This document shows positions 1 through 9,286 of a stretch of 64,000 nt of DNA, piece by piece. Source of the DNA: Chthoniobacteraceae bacterium. Its GTDB lineage: Bacteria; Verrucomicrobiota; Verrucomicrobiia; Chthoniobacterales; Chthoniobacteraceae. The notes beneath the pieces were generated by a model. That model was not told the DNA's origin. It saw only the letters and a program-made list of their open reading frames with translations, and searched no databases. The position numbers and the translations under genes are program-made. Where the stretch lies: positions 32,001 to 96,000 of the forward strand of contig JBEBGD010000001.1 of NCBI GenBank assembly GCA_040081625.1, written 5' to 3'. How positions within the stretch are numbered: position 1 is the first letter of the stretch; each line of letters begins with the position of its first letter.

Positions 1-13
1 TTCCTTCCCACCG

Positions 14-220
14 ATGTCCACCTGCCCTCACACCTGTCCCGATTGCGGCAATACCCGCTTCAGGTCGGTGCATGTGAATCACCGGCTGCATCTGCTGCTC
101 ACGATTTGCACTCTGGGCTTTTGGGGGATCAGTTGGGTCGCCCTGGTGATTCACGCGAGGATGGCTCCGTGGCGTTGCCAGGAATGCGGGCGCTCGCAGC
201 CCGATCTCCCAGCCAGCTAA
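14..220 (+). CDS. Small membrane-associated zinc-ribbon protein (LITAF-like topology)
   Basis: 68 aa; CPDC and CQEC knuckles flank the hydrophobic stretch NHRLHLLLTICTLGFWGISWVALVI. Confidence 0.65.
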   Translation: MSTCPHTCPDCGNTRFRSVHVNHRLHLLLTICTLGFWGISWVALVIHARMAPWRCQECGRSQPDLPAS

Positions 221-357
221 ATGCGGCTTGTCAGCGGGCGCGGCGCCGCTGACTTACACGCGCTCGGGCGAAGCGCTTTACATCGCCCCGACATTGCTTC
301 CGTCGTGCGCCTCGATGCAGGCGTGGAAGTCGTGAGGACGCTGCGAAACAAAATGCC

Positions 358-2979
358 ATGAAGAAGAAATCCAAACCGGCGAAACTGGCGGCAAAGAAGC
401 CGGCTCGAAAAAGGCGCGTGGCGCTCGCGGAGACTCCGGTGCGGAAGGCGCGCGCGGCATTCCCCATCGTCGGGCTCGGCGCCTCGGCGGGCGGGCTGGA
501 GGCGCTCGAGGCTTTCTTGAAAAACGTGCCGGCGAAGTGCGGGCTGGCCTTCGTCATCGTCCAGCATCTCGACCCGACGCATAAGGGCATCATGCCCGAG
601 CTGCTGCAGCGCGGGACGACGATGAAGGTCGTGCAGGTGAAGGATCGCACGAAGGTGCTGCCCGATTGCGTCTATGTGATCCCGCCGAACAAGGACATGT
701 CGATCCTCCACGGCGTGCTGCATTTGCTCGAACCGTCCGCGCCGCGCGGGCTGCGGCTGCCGATCGATTTTTTCTTCCGCGCGCTGGCCGACGACCAGCG
801 GGAGCGGGGCGTGGGGGTGATCCTTTCGGGCATGGGCACGGATGGGACGCTGGGGCTCAAGGCGATCAAGGAGCAGGCGGGCGTGGTGCTCGTGCAGGAG
901 CCGGCGACGGCGAAGTTCGACGGGATGCCGCGCAGCGTGATCGATGCGGGGCTGGCGGACATCGTGGCCCCGGCGGAGGAGCTGCCGGCGCGGCTGCTCA
1001 AGTATCTGCGCCACACGCCGCTTCTCACCATCTCGGATGCGGCGGCGGAGAGCGGCTCGGAGAGTCAGCTCGAGAAGGTGGTCATCCTCCTGCGCAGCCA
1101 CACCGGGCACGACTTCGCGCTCTACAAGCGCAACACGCTTTCGCGGCGCGTGGAGCGGCGGATGGGGCTGCACCACATCACGCGCATCGCCACCTACGTG
1201 CGCTATCTTCGCGAGAACCCGCAGGAGGTGGATTTGCTTTTCAAGGAGCTGCTCATCGGGGTGACGAGTTTCTTTCGCGACCCCGCGGCGTGGGAGCAGT
1301 TGCGCGACGAGGCGCTGCCGCCGCTGCTCACGAGCCGCGCGTCCGGCCATGCGCTGCGGGCGTGGGTGCCGGGGTGCTCGACGGGCGAGGAGGCTTACTC
1401 GCTGGCCATCGCTTTCAAGGAGGCGCTCGAGAAGCTGAAGCCGCGCGGGAATTTCTCGCTGCAAATCTTCGCGACCGATCTCGACCGCGACGCGGTGGAC
1501 AAGGCGCGGCTGGGATTCTTCCCGGCGAACATCACCGCCGACGTGTCGCCGGAGCGCTTGAGCCGTTACTTCGTCGAGGAAGAGCGCGGCTACCGCGTGG
1601 CGAAGACGATCCGCGAGATGGTCATCTTCGCGCCGCAGAATCTGATCATGGATCCGCCGTTCACGAAGCTCGACGTGCTGAGCTGCCGCAACCTGCTCAT
1701 CTATTTCGGGCCGGAGTTGCAGAAGAAGCTGCTGCCGCTTTTCCACTACAGCCTGAATCCGGGCGGCGCGCTTTTCCTCGGCAGCGCCGAGAGCATCGGC
1801 GGGTTCACGAGTTTGTTCGCGCCGCTGCCCGGCAAGTCGCGGATCTTCCGCCGCAGGGAATCCTCGCACAGTGCGGAGTTCGTGGAGTTCCCCTCGTCCT
1901 TCGTGCCGGCGCCGCCGGACCCGCATAAGCCGGCACGCACGCCGGCGGTGAGCGCGGACAGCCTGCAGGCGCTCGCCGAGCAATGGCTGCTGCGCCATCA
2001 CGCGCCCGCCGCCGTGCTCGTGAACGACGAGGGCGACATCCTTTTCATCAGCGGACGCACCGGGCGCTATCTCGAACCCGTGGCGGGCAAGGCGAACTGG
2101 AATGTATTCGTGATGGCGCGCGAAGGCCTGCGCTACGAACTCAGCAGCGCCTTCCAAAAAGTGCGCCGGCAAAAGGAGCCGGTGATCTGCCGGCGGCTGA
2201 AGGTCGGCGTGAACGGTGCGACGATCTTCGTGGACATGACCGTGCAGGTCGTCGTGGAGCCGGGCGCGCTGTGCGGCCTGACGATGATCGTCTTCTCGGA
2301 AGCCTCCGCGCCCGATCCGAAGTCGAGAGGCCGCGCGGGAAAAGCTGCGCGACGCGACGGGCTGGCGAAGGAAATGGAGCGCGAGCTGGTGCAGGCGCGC
2401 GAGGAAGTGCAGAGCACGCGCGAGCAGATGCAGAGTTCGCACGAGGAGCTCAAGTCGATGAACGAGGAATTGCAGTCCACCAATGAGGAGCTGCAATCGA
2501 CCAATGAGGAGCTGACGACTTCCAAGGAGGAGATGCAGTCGCTCAACGAGGAACTCCAGACCGTGAACACCGAGCTGCAGTCCAAAGTGGACGAGCTCAA
2601 CGCCGCCAGCAACGACATGAAAAACCTGCTCAACAGCACGGAGATCGCGACGGTGTTCCTGGATAGTTCGCTCAAGGTCCGCCGCTTCACCGAGCAGGTG
2701 GCCGAGATCATCCGCATCATCCCCGGCGACGTGGGCCGGCCGATCACCGATCTCGCGAACAGCCTGCTCTACCCGGAGCTGGCGGCGGACGCGCGCGAGG
2801 TGCTCCGCTCGCTCACCTCGGTGGACAAGGCTCTCGCCACCCGCGACGGACGCTGGTTCGCGCTGCGCCTCATGCCCTACCGGACCGCGGACAATCGCAT
2901 CGACGGCGTGGTCATCACCTTCACCGACATGACCATCGTGCGGAAACTCGAAGCGAGCCTGCGCCGAAAGGAAACCTGA
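358..2979 (+). CDS. CheB methylesterase-CheR methyltransferase fusion with PAS domains and coiled coil
   Basis: CheB motifs GASAGG, VQHLDP, LSGMGTDG; CheR motifs IGVTSFFRD, GCSTGEEAYS, IFATDLD, SCRNLLIYF; NEELQS heptads; C-terminal PAS (IDGVVITFTD). Confidence 0.95.
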   Translation: MKKKSKPAKLAAKKPARKRRVALAETPVRKARAAFPIVGLGASAGGLEALEAFLKNVPAKCGLAFVIVQHLDPTHKGIMPELLQRGTTMKVVQVKDRTKVLPDCVYVIPPNKDMSILHGVLHLLEPSAPRGLRLPIDFFFRALADDQRERGVGVILSGMGTDGTLGLKAIKEQAGVVLVQEPATAKFDGMPRSVIDAGLADIVAPAEELPARLLKYLRHTPLLTISDAAAESGSESQLEKVVILLRSHTGHDFALYKRNTLSRRVERRMGLHHITRIATYVRYLRENPQEVDLLFKELLIGVTSFFRDPAAWEQLRDEALPPLLTSRASGHALRAWVPGCSTGEEAYSLAIAFKEALEKLKPRGNFSLQIFATDLDRDAVDKARLGFFPANITADVSPERLSRYFVEEERGYRVAKTIREMVIFAPQNLIMDPPFTKLDVLSCRNLLIYFGPELQKKLLPLFHYSLNPGGALFLGSAESIGGFTSLFAPLPGKSRIFRRRESSHSAEFVEFPSSFVPAPPDPHKPARTPAVSADSLQALAEQWLLRHHAPAAVLVNDEGDILFISGRTGRYLEPVAGKANWNVFVMAREGLRYELSSAFQKVRRQKEPVICRRLKVGVNGATIFVDMTVQVVVEPGALCGLTMIVFSEASAPDPKSRGRAGKAARRDGLAKEMERELVQAREEVQSTREQMQSSHEELKSMNEELQSTNEELQSTNEELTTSKEEMQSLNEELQTVNTELQSKVDELNAASNDMKNLLNSTEIATVFLDSSLKVRRFTEQVAEIIRIIPGDVGRPITDLANSLLYPELAADAREVLRSLTSVDKALATRDGRWFALRLMPYRTADNRIDGVVITFTDMTIVRKLEASLRRKET

Positions 2980-3002
2980 GGAATCGACGCGAAGGCTTCC
3001 GG

Positions 3003-3084
3003 CGCCCCGTCCGGGGTGCATCCCGATGGGGGATGGGTCCGGGGGTGTTACCCCCGGCTAATATCCGTCAGCCCTCCGGGCTGA
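3003..3084. repeat. REP-like multi-hairpin extragenic palindromic element
   Basis: Three stem-loops: cgcccc-gtcc-ggggtg (3003-3018), ccggggg-tgtta-cccccgg (3039-3057), tcagccc-tcc-gggctga (3068-3084). Confidence 0.6.
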
Positions 3085-3177
3085 AATCGGCGGCTTTACG
3101 GACCTTTACGGGGAATCGGTCGGGTTCTGGCGGCTTCGCTCGACAAGGGCGGGGGATCGTCGCATTGGTGGGCTCCA

Positions 3178-5709
3178 ATGACCGATCCCTCGGCGGCTCG
3201 CATCCCGTCCCACTTCGACGCTCGCCGGTGGGTGGAGGTGCTCCTGCTGGCGGCGCTGTATTTCTGCACGGCGCGCCTCGGGCTGCTGACGGCGATGCCG
3301 GGCGGACACGTGACGCCGGTGTGGCCGCCGTCGGGGATCGCACTCGCGGCGGTCCTGCTGCTCGGGCGGCGGGTGTGGCCGGGGATCTGGCTCGGGTCGT
3401 TCGCGGCGAATCTTTGGGATTTCCTCGGCAGCACGCCGGGTGTGGCGACCGGGCTGGCGACGGTGGCGACGCTGGGGATGGGCGCGACGCTCGCGGCGCT
3501 CGCGGGCGGGTATTTGCTGCGGCGATTTGTGGGCGAGCGCGATCTGCTCGAGCGGGTGCGGGATGTGTGTGCGTTCCTGGCGCTCGGTGGCGTGCTCAGT
3601 TGCCTGATCAGCGCCACGATCGGGGTCACGGCGCTGTGCATGGGCGGCTTCGCGGCGTGGTCGGGCTTCGGGCAGACGTGGCTGACGTGGTGGCTGGGGG
3701 ACACGGCGGGGGTGTTCGTGGTGAGCCCGTTGTTCCTGGTCTGGAGCGGGCCGTGGCGGGTGAAGACGCTGGGGCGCCTGCTGGAGCTGTGCGTCTGTTT
3801 CTGCCTGCTGATCGCCGTCAGTTATTACGTCTTCGTCGAGAACAAGACCGAGCTCTTCAGCGAGAAGCCGCTCACGTTTCTGGTGATGCCTTTCCTCGTG
3901 TGGTCGGCGGTGCGTTTCGGGAAACGCGGCGCGGCGATGGCGGTGGGATTGATCGCGCTGCTCGCGGTGTGGGGGACGATCCACCACTCCGGGCCGTTCA
4001 ACATCGGCCCGCGCAATGAGGCGCTGCTGCTGCTCGAATTATTCCTGGGCGTGGCGGTGCTCACCTCCCTGTGCGTGGCAGCGATGACGACGGAGCGCGC
4101 GCACGTGGACGCCGAGCTGCAGCGCTCGGTGGAGGAGCTCGAATCGCGCGTGCAGGCGCGCACTTCCGCGCTGATGCAAAGCGAGGAGAAGGCCCGCGGC
4201 CACATGGCCGAGGCGGAGCAGTCGCGGGCCGCGCTCCTGAGCATCCTCGAGGACGAGCGGGCGGCGCAGGAGGCGCTGCGGCTGAGCGAATCGAACTACC
4301 GCACGCTCATCGAGTCGGCGTCCGACGGCATCCTGGTGGCGGATGCGCAGGGAGCGTTCGTGGACGTGAACGAGGCGGGCTGCCGGATGCTCGGCTACGC
4401 CCGCTCCGAAGTGCCGGCGATGCGCAACGCCGACATCCTCCATGCCGACGAAGCCGTGCGCGTGGCACCGGAGATGGCGGAGTTGAATGCCGGGAAAGTC
4501 GTGCGCAGCGAGTGGCGGCTGCTGCGCAAGGATGGGACGATGGTCCCGAGCGAAGTCGGCGCGACGCTCCTGCCGGATGGACGGCTGCTGGGCATCCTGC
4601 GGGACGTGAGCGAGCGCCGGCTGGCGGAGGCGGCGATCCGGGAGAAGCACGGGCTGCTGACCGCGGTGATCGAAGGCACGAGCGACGCGATCTTCGCCAA
4701 GGATGTGGATGGCCGATACCAGATGGTGAACACGGCTTGCGCGCAGGCCGTGGGCCTGCCGGCGGCCGCGATCCTCGGGCGGACGGACGCGGATCTGCAC
4801 CCTGCGGAGACCGCGCGGCGCTATCGCGAGACCGACGATGAGGTGGTGGCCAGCGGCCGGATGCAGATGAAGGAGGAGTGCAGCGAGATGCCCGACGGGA
4901 CACACTACTGGCTCACCAACAAGGCGCCGCTGCGCGACGCGGATGGGCGCATCGTCGGCATCGTCGGCATCTCGCGCGACATCACCGAGCGCCACCGGGC
5001 GGAGGACGCGCTGCGGCAATCGCGCGGCCAATTGCGCGCGCTCGCGGCGCACTTGCAAGACGTGCGCGAGAAGGAGCAGACGCGCATCGCGCGGGAGATC
5101 CACGACGAGCTGGGGCAGATGCTCACGGGCTTGAAGATGGATCTGCGCTGGATGGAGCGCGAGCTGGACGGAAGCGGGTCCGGCGCCGACGCAAACGCGC
5201 TGCTCGAGAGAGCCGTGGCGGCGTCCGCGCTGGTCGATGAGACGGTGAAGGCCGTGCAGCAGATCGCGGCGGAGCTGCGGCCGGGCGTGCTCGACCGGCT
5301 GGGGTTGCCGACGGCGCTCCGGCACGAGTGCCGGCAGTTCCAGCAGCGCTCGGGGGTCGTGTGCCGGGTCACTGTCCCGGAGCCGGAGCCGGAGGTGCCC
5401 GCGGAGGTGGCCACGGTCTGCTTCCGCACCTGCCAGGAGGCGCTCACGAACGTCGCGCGGCACGCGGGCGCGACGGAGGTGACGATCGACTTCCGGAGCG
5501 AGGCCGGCGCATGGCTGCTCGAGTTGCGCGACAACGGCACGGGCATCACCGCCGAAGCGCTGATGAATCCGCGTTCGCTCGGGCTGCTCGGGATGCAGGA
5601 GCGCGCCGCGCGGCTCGGCGGTGAAATCCGCGTCGAGCCCGGAGCGGAAGGCGGCACGATCGTGCGCTTGTCGATTCCCGAAGGCGGTGGCAAAGAGCAG
5701 CCCCTATGA
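3178..5709 (+). CDS. MASE1-PAS-PAS sensor histidine kinase (HisKA_3 type)
   Basis: MASE1 motifs TPVWPPSGIALA and WWLGD; two PAS/PAC domains; H-box RIAREIHDELGQ; QEALTNVARHA; DNGTG; LGLLGMQER. Confidence 0.95.
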   Translation: MTDPSAARIPSHFDARRWVEVLLLAALYFCTARLGLLTAMPGGHVTPVWPPSGIALAAVLLLGRRVWPGIWLGSFAANLWDFLGSTPGVATGLATVATLGMGATLAALAGGYLLRRFVGERDLLERVRDVCAFLALGGVLSCLISATIGVTALCMGGFAAWSGFGQTWLTWWLGDTAGVFVVSPLFLVWSGPWRVKTLGRLLELCVCFCLLIAVSYYVFVENKTELFSEKPLTFLVMPFLVWSAVRFGKRGAAMAVGLIALLAVWGTIHHSGPFNIGPRNEALLLLELFLGVAVLTSLCVAAMTTERAHVDAELQRSVEELESRVQARTSALMQSEEKARGHMAEAEQSRAALLSILEDERAAQEALRLSESNYRTLIESASDGILVADAQGAFVDVNEAGCRMLGYARSEVPAMRNADILHADEAVRVAPEMAELNAGKVVRSEWRLLRKDGTMVPSEVGATLLPDGRLLGILRDVSERRLAEAAIREKHGLLTAVIEGTSDAIFAKDVDGRYQMVNTACAQAVGLPAAAILGRTDADLHPAETARRYRETDDEVVASGRMQMKEECSEMPDGTHYWLTNKAPLRDADGRIVGIVGISRDITERHRAEDALRQSRGQLRALAAHLQDVREKEQTRIAREIHDELGQMLTGLKMDLRWMERELDGSGSGADANALLERAVAASALVDETVKAVQQIAAELRPGVLDRLGLPTALRHECRQFQQRSGVVCRVTVPEPEPEVPAEVATVCFRTCQEALTNVARHAGATEVTIDFRSEAGAWLLELRDNGTGITAEALMNPRSLGLLGMQERAARLGGEIRVEPGAEGGTIVRLSIPEGGGKEQPL

Positions 5710-6338
5710 TGAAAGTGCTGATCGCCGACGATCACGCCGTGGTGCGCCGCGGCTTGCGTGGCCTGCTGGCCGAGGAGTTCGGCAAGCTCAAGGTCGGCGA
5801 GGCGGTCGATGCGCACGAAGCGTCGGCGCTGCTCGCGAATGGGAAGTGGGATCTCGCGCTGATCGACATCAACATGCCGGGCCGCAGCGGGCTCGATGTG
5901 CTGATCGAGGCGCGGCGGCTGCACCCGCGGCTGCCGGTGCTCATCCTCAGCGCGTATCCCGAGGAGGAGTTCGCGCTGCGCGCGTTCAAGCTGGGCGCGG
6001 CGGGTTATCTCAACAAGCAGAGCGCGCCGGACGAGCTGCTCGTGGCCGTGCGCAAGGTGATGGCCGGCGGCAAATACGTGACCGCCGCGCTGGCGGAAAA
6101 GCTCGCGGCAAGTCTCGGCGGCGAGCTGCACCAGGCGCCGCACGAGGCGCTCTCGGCGCGCGAGATGGAGGTGCTCCGGCTCGTCGCGATCGGACGGACG
6201 ATCAAGGAAGTCGCGACCGCGCTCGGCTTGAGTGAGAAGACGATCGGCACCTATCGGACGCGGGTCTCGGAGAAGCTGGGCCTTTCCACGAATGTCGAGC
6301 TGGCGCGCTACGCGTTGCAGCACCGGCTCGTGGAGTGA
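5706..6338 (+). CDS. NarL/UvrY-family response regulator (REC + LuxR HTH)
   Basis: VLIADDH, DINMPG, LSAREMEVLRL, LGLSEKTIGTYR; ATGA overlap with the kinase. Confidence 0.95.
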   Translation: MMKVLIADDHAVVRRGLRGLLAEEFGKLKVGEAVDAHEASALLANGKWDLALIDINMPGRSGLDVLIEARRLHPRLPVLILSAYPEEEFALRAFKLGAAGYLNKQSAPDELLVAVRKVMAGGKYVTAALAEKLAASLGGELHQAPHEALSAREMEVLRLVAIGRTIKEVATALGLSEKTIGTYRTRVSEKLGLSTNVELARYALQHRLVE

Positions 6339-6354
6339 GCCGTTTCAGGAATCC

Positions 6355-6415
6355 TGTAGCCGCGGCCCTATGGGCCGTGCAGGCGTCGAGCACGGCGCAG
6401 AGCGCCGTGGCTACA
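6355..6415. repeat. GTAG-type REP doublet in inverted orientation (REPIN-like)
   Basis: tgtagccgcggccctatgggccgtg (6355-6379) and cacggcgcagagcgccgtggctaca (6391-6415) are reverse complements at 21/25 positions; each has GTAG followed by an internal hairpin. Confidence 0.75.
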
Positions 6416-6539
6416 ACTCCGCGCGGCTACGACTTTTCTGACACCGCTCTTTGCGTCGGGCTGTGTAGGGAGATCGCCCCACACGCGATTGAGCACTGTC
6501 CACCTGTCGGTGCCAGCCCACGGGCCGGAGAGTCGGCGC

Positions 6540-8498
6540 ATGACGATGGAATCCGATCCAGGCCTGCTGCGTGTGATGCTCGTGGAAGACTCGATGATCC
6601 TTCGTGGACGCATCCGCGACTTGATCGAGCAGTCGTGCCGCGCGCGCGTCGTCTCGGAAGCCGGCACGATCGCCGCCGCGCTCGCGTTCCTGCCTGCGGA
6701 GCCGCCCGATGTCGTGGTGCTCGACCTGCATCTGCCCGACGGCAGCGGCCTCGATGTGCTGCGCGCGGTCAAGAAGTCGCGCCCGACCTGCCCGGTGATC
6801 GTGCTGACGAGCTTCGCGATGCCGGAGACGCGCGATCACTGCCGGTCCCTTGGTGCGGATTATTTCTTCGACAAGTCCCGCGAGTTCGAGCGCGTCGTCG
6901 AGGTGCTGCGGGAATGTGTCTCGCTCGATGCGGAGCGGCCCGCGGCGGATTTCACTTCGATGAAGGTGGCGCTGGAGGCGAGCGAGGAACGGCTGAGCCG
7001 CGTGCTCAAGTCCGCCGGCGTGGGGACGTGGAGTTGGGACGTGATCGCGAACTCGGTCGCGTGGGATGATCACATTCACCCGCTCTTCGGGCTCCCGGCG
7101 AAGACCTACCCAAGCTGCATCGAAGATTTCCTCGACCTGGTGCATCCCGGCGACCGGGAGCGCGTCGAGCGCGAAGTGACTGCGAGCGTGGAGAAGGGAG
7201 CGGCCTACGACACGGAGTTCCGGGTGGTGTGGCCGGATGGCACGAGTCGGCACCTCGCCACGCGCGGCCACGTCGATCGCGACGCCGAGCGGCGGCCGCT
7301 GCGGATGACCGGTGTGTGCTGGGACATCACCGAGCACAAGAATCTCGAGGCGCAACTGAGGCGGACCCAGCGGCTCGAAGGCATCGGCACGCTCGCGAGC
7401 GGAGTGGCGCACGACCTCAACAACATCCTCGCGCCGATCCTCATGTCGATCCCGGTGCTCGAGGAGGCGCTCGCCGGCACGGATTGCGCGCCGGTCCTCT
7501 CGACCATCCAGGAGTGTGCCGAGCGCGGCGCGGAGATCGTGAAGCAGGTGCTCACCTTCGCGCGCGGCGTGGAGGGCGAGCGCGTCCTGGTGCAGACCCA
7601 CCACCATCTGCGCGACATGGAGAAGATCGCGGGCGAGACCTTTCCGCGCTCGATCACGGTGCGAAACTGCGCGCCGCACGGGCTGTGGCCGGTCAGTGGC
7701 GATGCCACGCAGATTCATCAGGTGCTGCTCAACCTGTGCGTCAACGCCCGCGACGCGATGCCGCGCGGCGGCCTGCTCACGATCGATGCGGGGAACCTCC
7801 TCATCGACGAGAGCTACGCCGCGATGCGCCCGGACGCGAAGCCGGGGCCTTATCTCATGATCTCCATTTCCGACACCGGGCACGGCATCCCGGCGGAGAT
7901 CGCGGAAAAGATTTTCGATCCGTTTTTCACGACGAAGGAAATCGGAAAGGGGACCGGGCTGGGCCTCTCGACGGTGGCCGGCATCGTGAGAAGCCACGGC
8001 GGTTTTCTCTCGCTCGAAAGCAAGCCGGGCGCGGGCTCGACGTTCACGGTTTTCCTCCCCGCGGAGCCGGACACCGCGGCGGCGCCGGACCACAAGCCCG
8101 TGGCGACTGCGCCATCGGGAAATGGCGAGATGATCCTCGTCGTGGACGACGAGTCGAGTGTCCGCTCGATCTCGCAGACCGTGCTGAAAGCGCACGGCTA
8201 CCGGGTGCTGCTCGCGTCCGATGGGACGGAGGCGCTCGCGGTATTCGCGCAGCACTCCGCGGAGATCGCCGTGGTCGTCACGGACCTCGCGATGCCCTTC
8301 ATGGATGGCGGTGCGCTCATCCCCGCGCTGCGCAAGATGAAGCCCGGCCTGCGCGTCATCATCTCGACCGGCCACGGGGAGAAGGCGCGGACTGCCGGCC
8401 TGGAGGTCTCGGCATTCCTGCACAAGCCCTACGACGCGCACACGCTGCTGTGCGCGCTCCACTCCGCGGTCAGTGAGCGCAGAGCCGCCACCATCTAA
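6540..8498 (+). CDS. Hybrid sensor kinase REC-PAS-HisKA-HATPase-REC
   Basis: N-terminal REC (VMLVEDS, LDLHLPD); PAS_3; GVAHDLNNIL; NLCVNARDAM; GKGTGLGL; C-terminal REC. Start moved to ATG 6540 (6546 possible). Confidence 0.93.
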   Translation: MTMESDPGLLRVMLVEDSMILRGRIRDLIEQSCRARVVSEAGTIAAALAFLPAEPPDVVVLDLHLPDGSGLDVLRAVKKSRPTCPVIVLTSFAMPETRDHCRSLGADYFFDKSREFERVVEVLRECVSLDAERPAADFTSMKVALEASEERLSRVLKSAGVGTWSWDVIANSVAWDDHIHPLFGLPAKTYPSCIEDFLDLVHPGDRERVEREVTASVEKGAAYDTEFRVVWPDGTSRHLATRGHVDRDAERRPLRMTGVCWDITEHKNLEAQLRRTQRLEGIGTLASGVAHDLNNILAPILMSIPVLEEALAGTDCAPVLSTIQECAERGAEIVKQVLTFARGVEGERVLVQTHHHLRDMEKIAGETFPRSITVRNCAPHGLWPVSGDATQIHQVLLNLCVNARDAMPRGGLLTIDAGNLLIDESYAAMRPDAKPGPYLMISISDTGHGIPAEIAEKIFDPFFTTKEIGKGTGLGLSTVAGIVRSHGGFLSLESKPGAGSTFTVFLPAEPDTAAAPDHKPVATAPSGNGEMILVVDDESSVRSISQTVLKAHGYRVLLASDGTEALAVFAQHSAEIAVVVTDLAMPFMDGGALIPALRKMKPGLRVIISTGHGEKARTAGLEVSAFLHKPYDAHTLLCALHSAVSERRAATI

Positions 8499-8502
8499 GA
8501 GC

Positions 8503-9153
8503 ATGAAAAAGATCCGCATCCTTCTTGCCGACGATCACGACATCGTCCTGCGCGGCCTGCGTCCGCTCATCGAATCCGAGCCGGGCTGGGAAATCTGCGG
8601 CGAGGCCCGCAACGGCCGCGAGGCTGTCGTGATGGCGGCGGAGCTCGACGCGCAGGTCGTCGTGCTCGATGTCGGGATGCCGGAGCTGAATGGAATCGAG
8701 GCGACGCGCCAGATCATCCATGCGCGGCCCGGGACCCGGGTGCTCATCATCACCGGGGACGACGCAGAGAGCCTCGTGCATCAAGTCCTCGCGGCCGGCG
8801 CGCGCGGTTTCCTGCTCAAGACCGAGTGCGCCGGAAAGATCGTCCCGGCGATCAAGGCGCTCTGCGAGCAGAAGTCGTATCTGAACTCACGCGCCGCCGA
8901 AGTCGTGCTCGAGAGCTACCTCATCGGCGGCATCGAGCCGGGGCAGGCCTCGCCGGGCGGGCTCACGGTGCGCGAGCGCGAGATCGTGCAGTTCCTCGCC
9001 GGGGGATTGAGCAACAAGGAGGTCGCCGCGCAGCTCGGCGTCAGCGCAAAGACGGTCGAGAGTCACCGCGCTGCGATCATGCGCAAGCTGGGGTTCACGG
9101 CCTTCAGCGAGCTGGTCCGCTACGCGGTGCGCAACCACTTCGTCGAGCCATGA
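8503..9153 (+). CDS. NarL/FixJ-family response regulator
   Basis: IRILLADDH, LDVGMP, LTVREREIV, KTVESHRAAIMRKL; start at ATG 8503. Confidence 0.95.
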   Translation: MKKIRILLADDHDIVLRGLRPLIESEPGWEICGEARNGREAVVMAAELDAQVVVLDVGMPELNGIEATRQIIHARPGTRVLIITGDDAESLVHQVLAAGARGFLLKTECAGKIVPAIKALCEQKSYLNSRAAEVVLESYLIGGIEPGQASPGGLTVREREIVQFLAGGLSNKEVAAQLGVSAKTVESHRAAIMRKLGFTAFSELVRYAVRNHFVEP

Positions 9154-9286
9154 ACCGCCACGCGTGGATAGGGAAAGCCCTCGGCGAGAATACAGAATCT
9201 CCCTGCCTGCCGCGGGCACCCGGGGCGCTTTCCAGTTGCTGCGATATGCCTCCCGCCGACGCCATGAATCTGGCATTCCCACCGAT

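Noticed and set aside
230..253. Hairpin as an intrinsic terminator
   Set aside because: 8-bp stem present but no U-tract; not listed as a terminator.
2440..2600. Tandem ~21-bp repeats (aatgaggagctgca...) as a possible CRISPR or VNTR
   Set aside because: They encode the NEELQS(T) coiled-coil heptads of the CheB-CheR fusion; no unique spacers and no cas genes.
217..3021. Long antisense or alternate-frame ORFs (e.g. 217-3021, 13131-15758, 21939-24824, 25002-28673, 56949-59444)
   Set aside because: They overlap genes with clear family motifs, are Arg/Ala/Gly-rich and motif-free; expected shadow ORFs in GC3-rich DNA.
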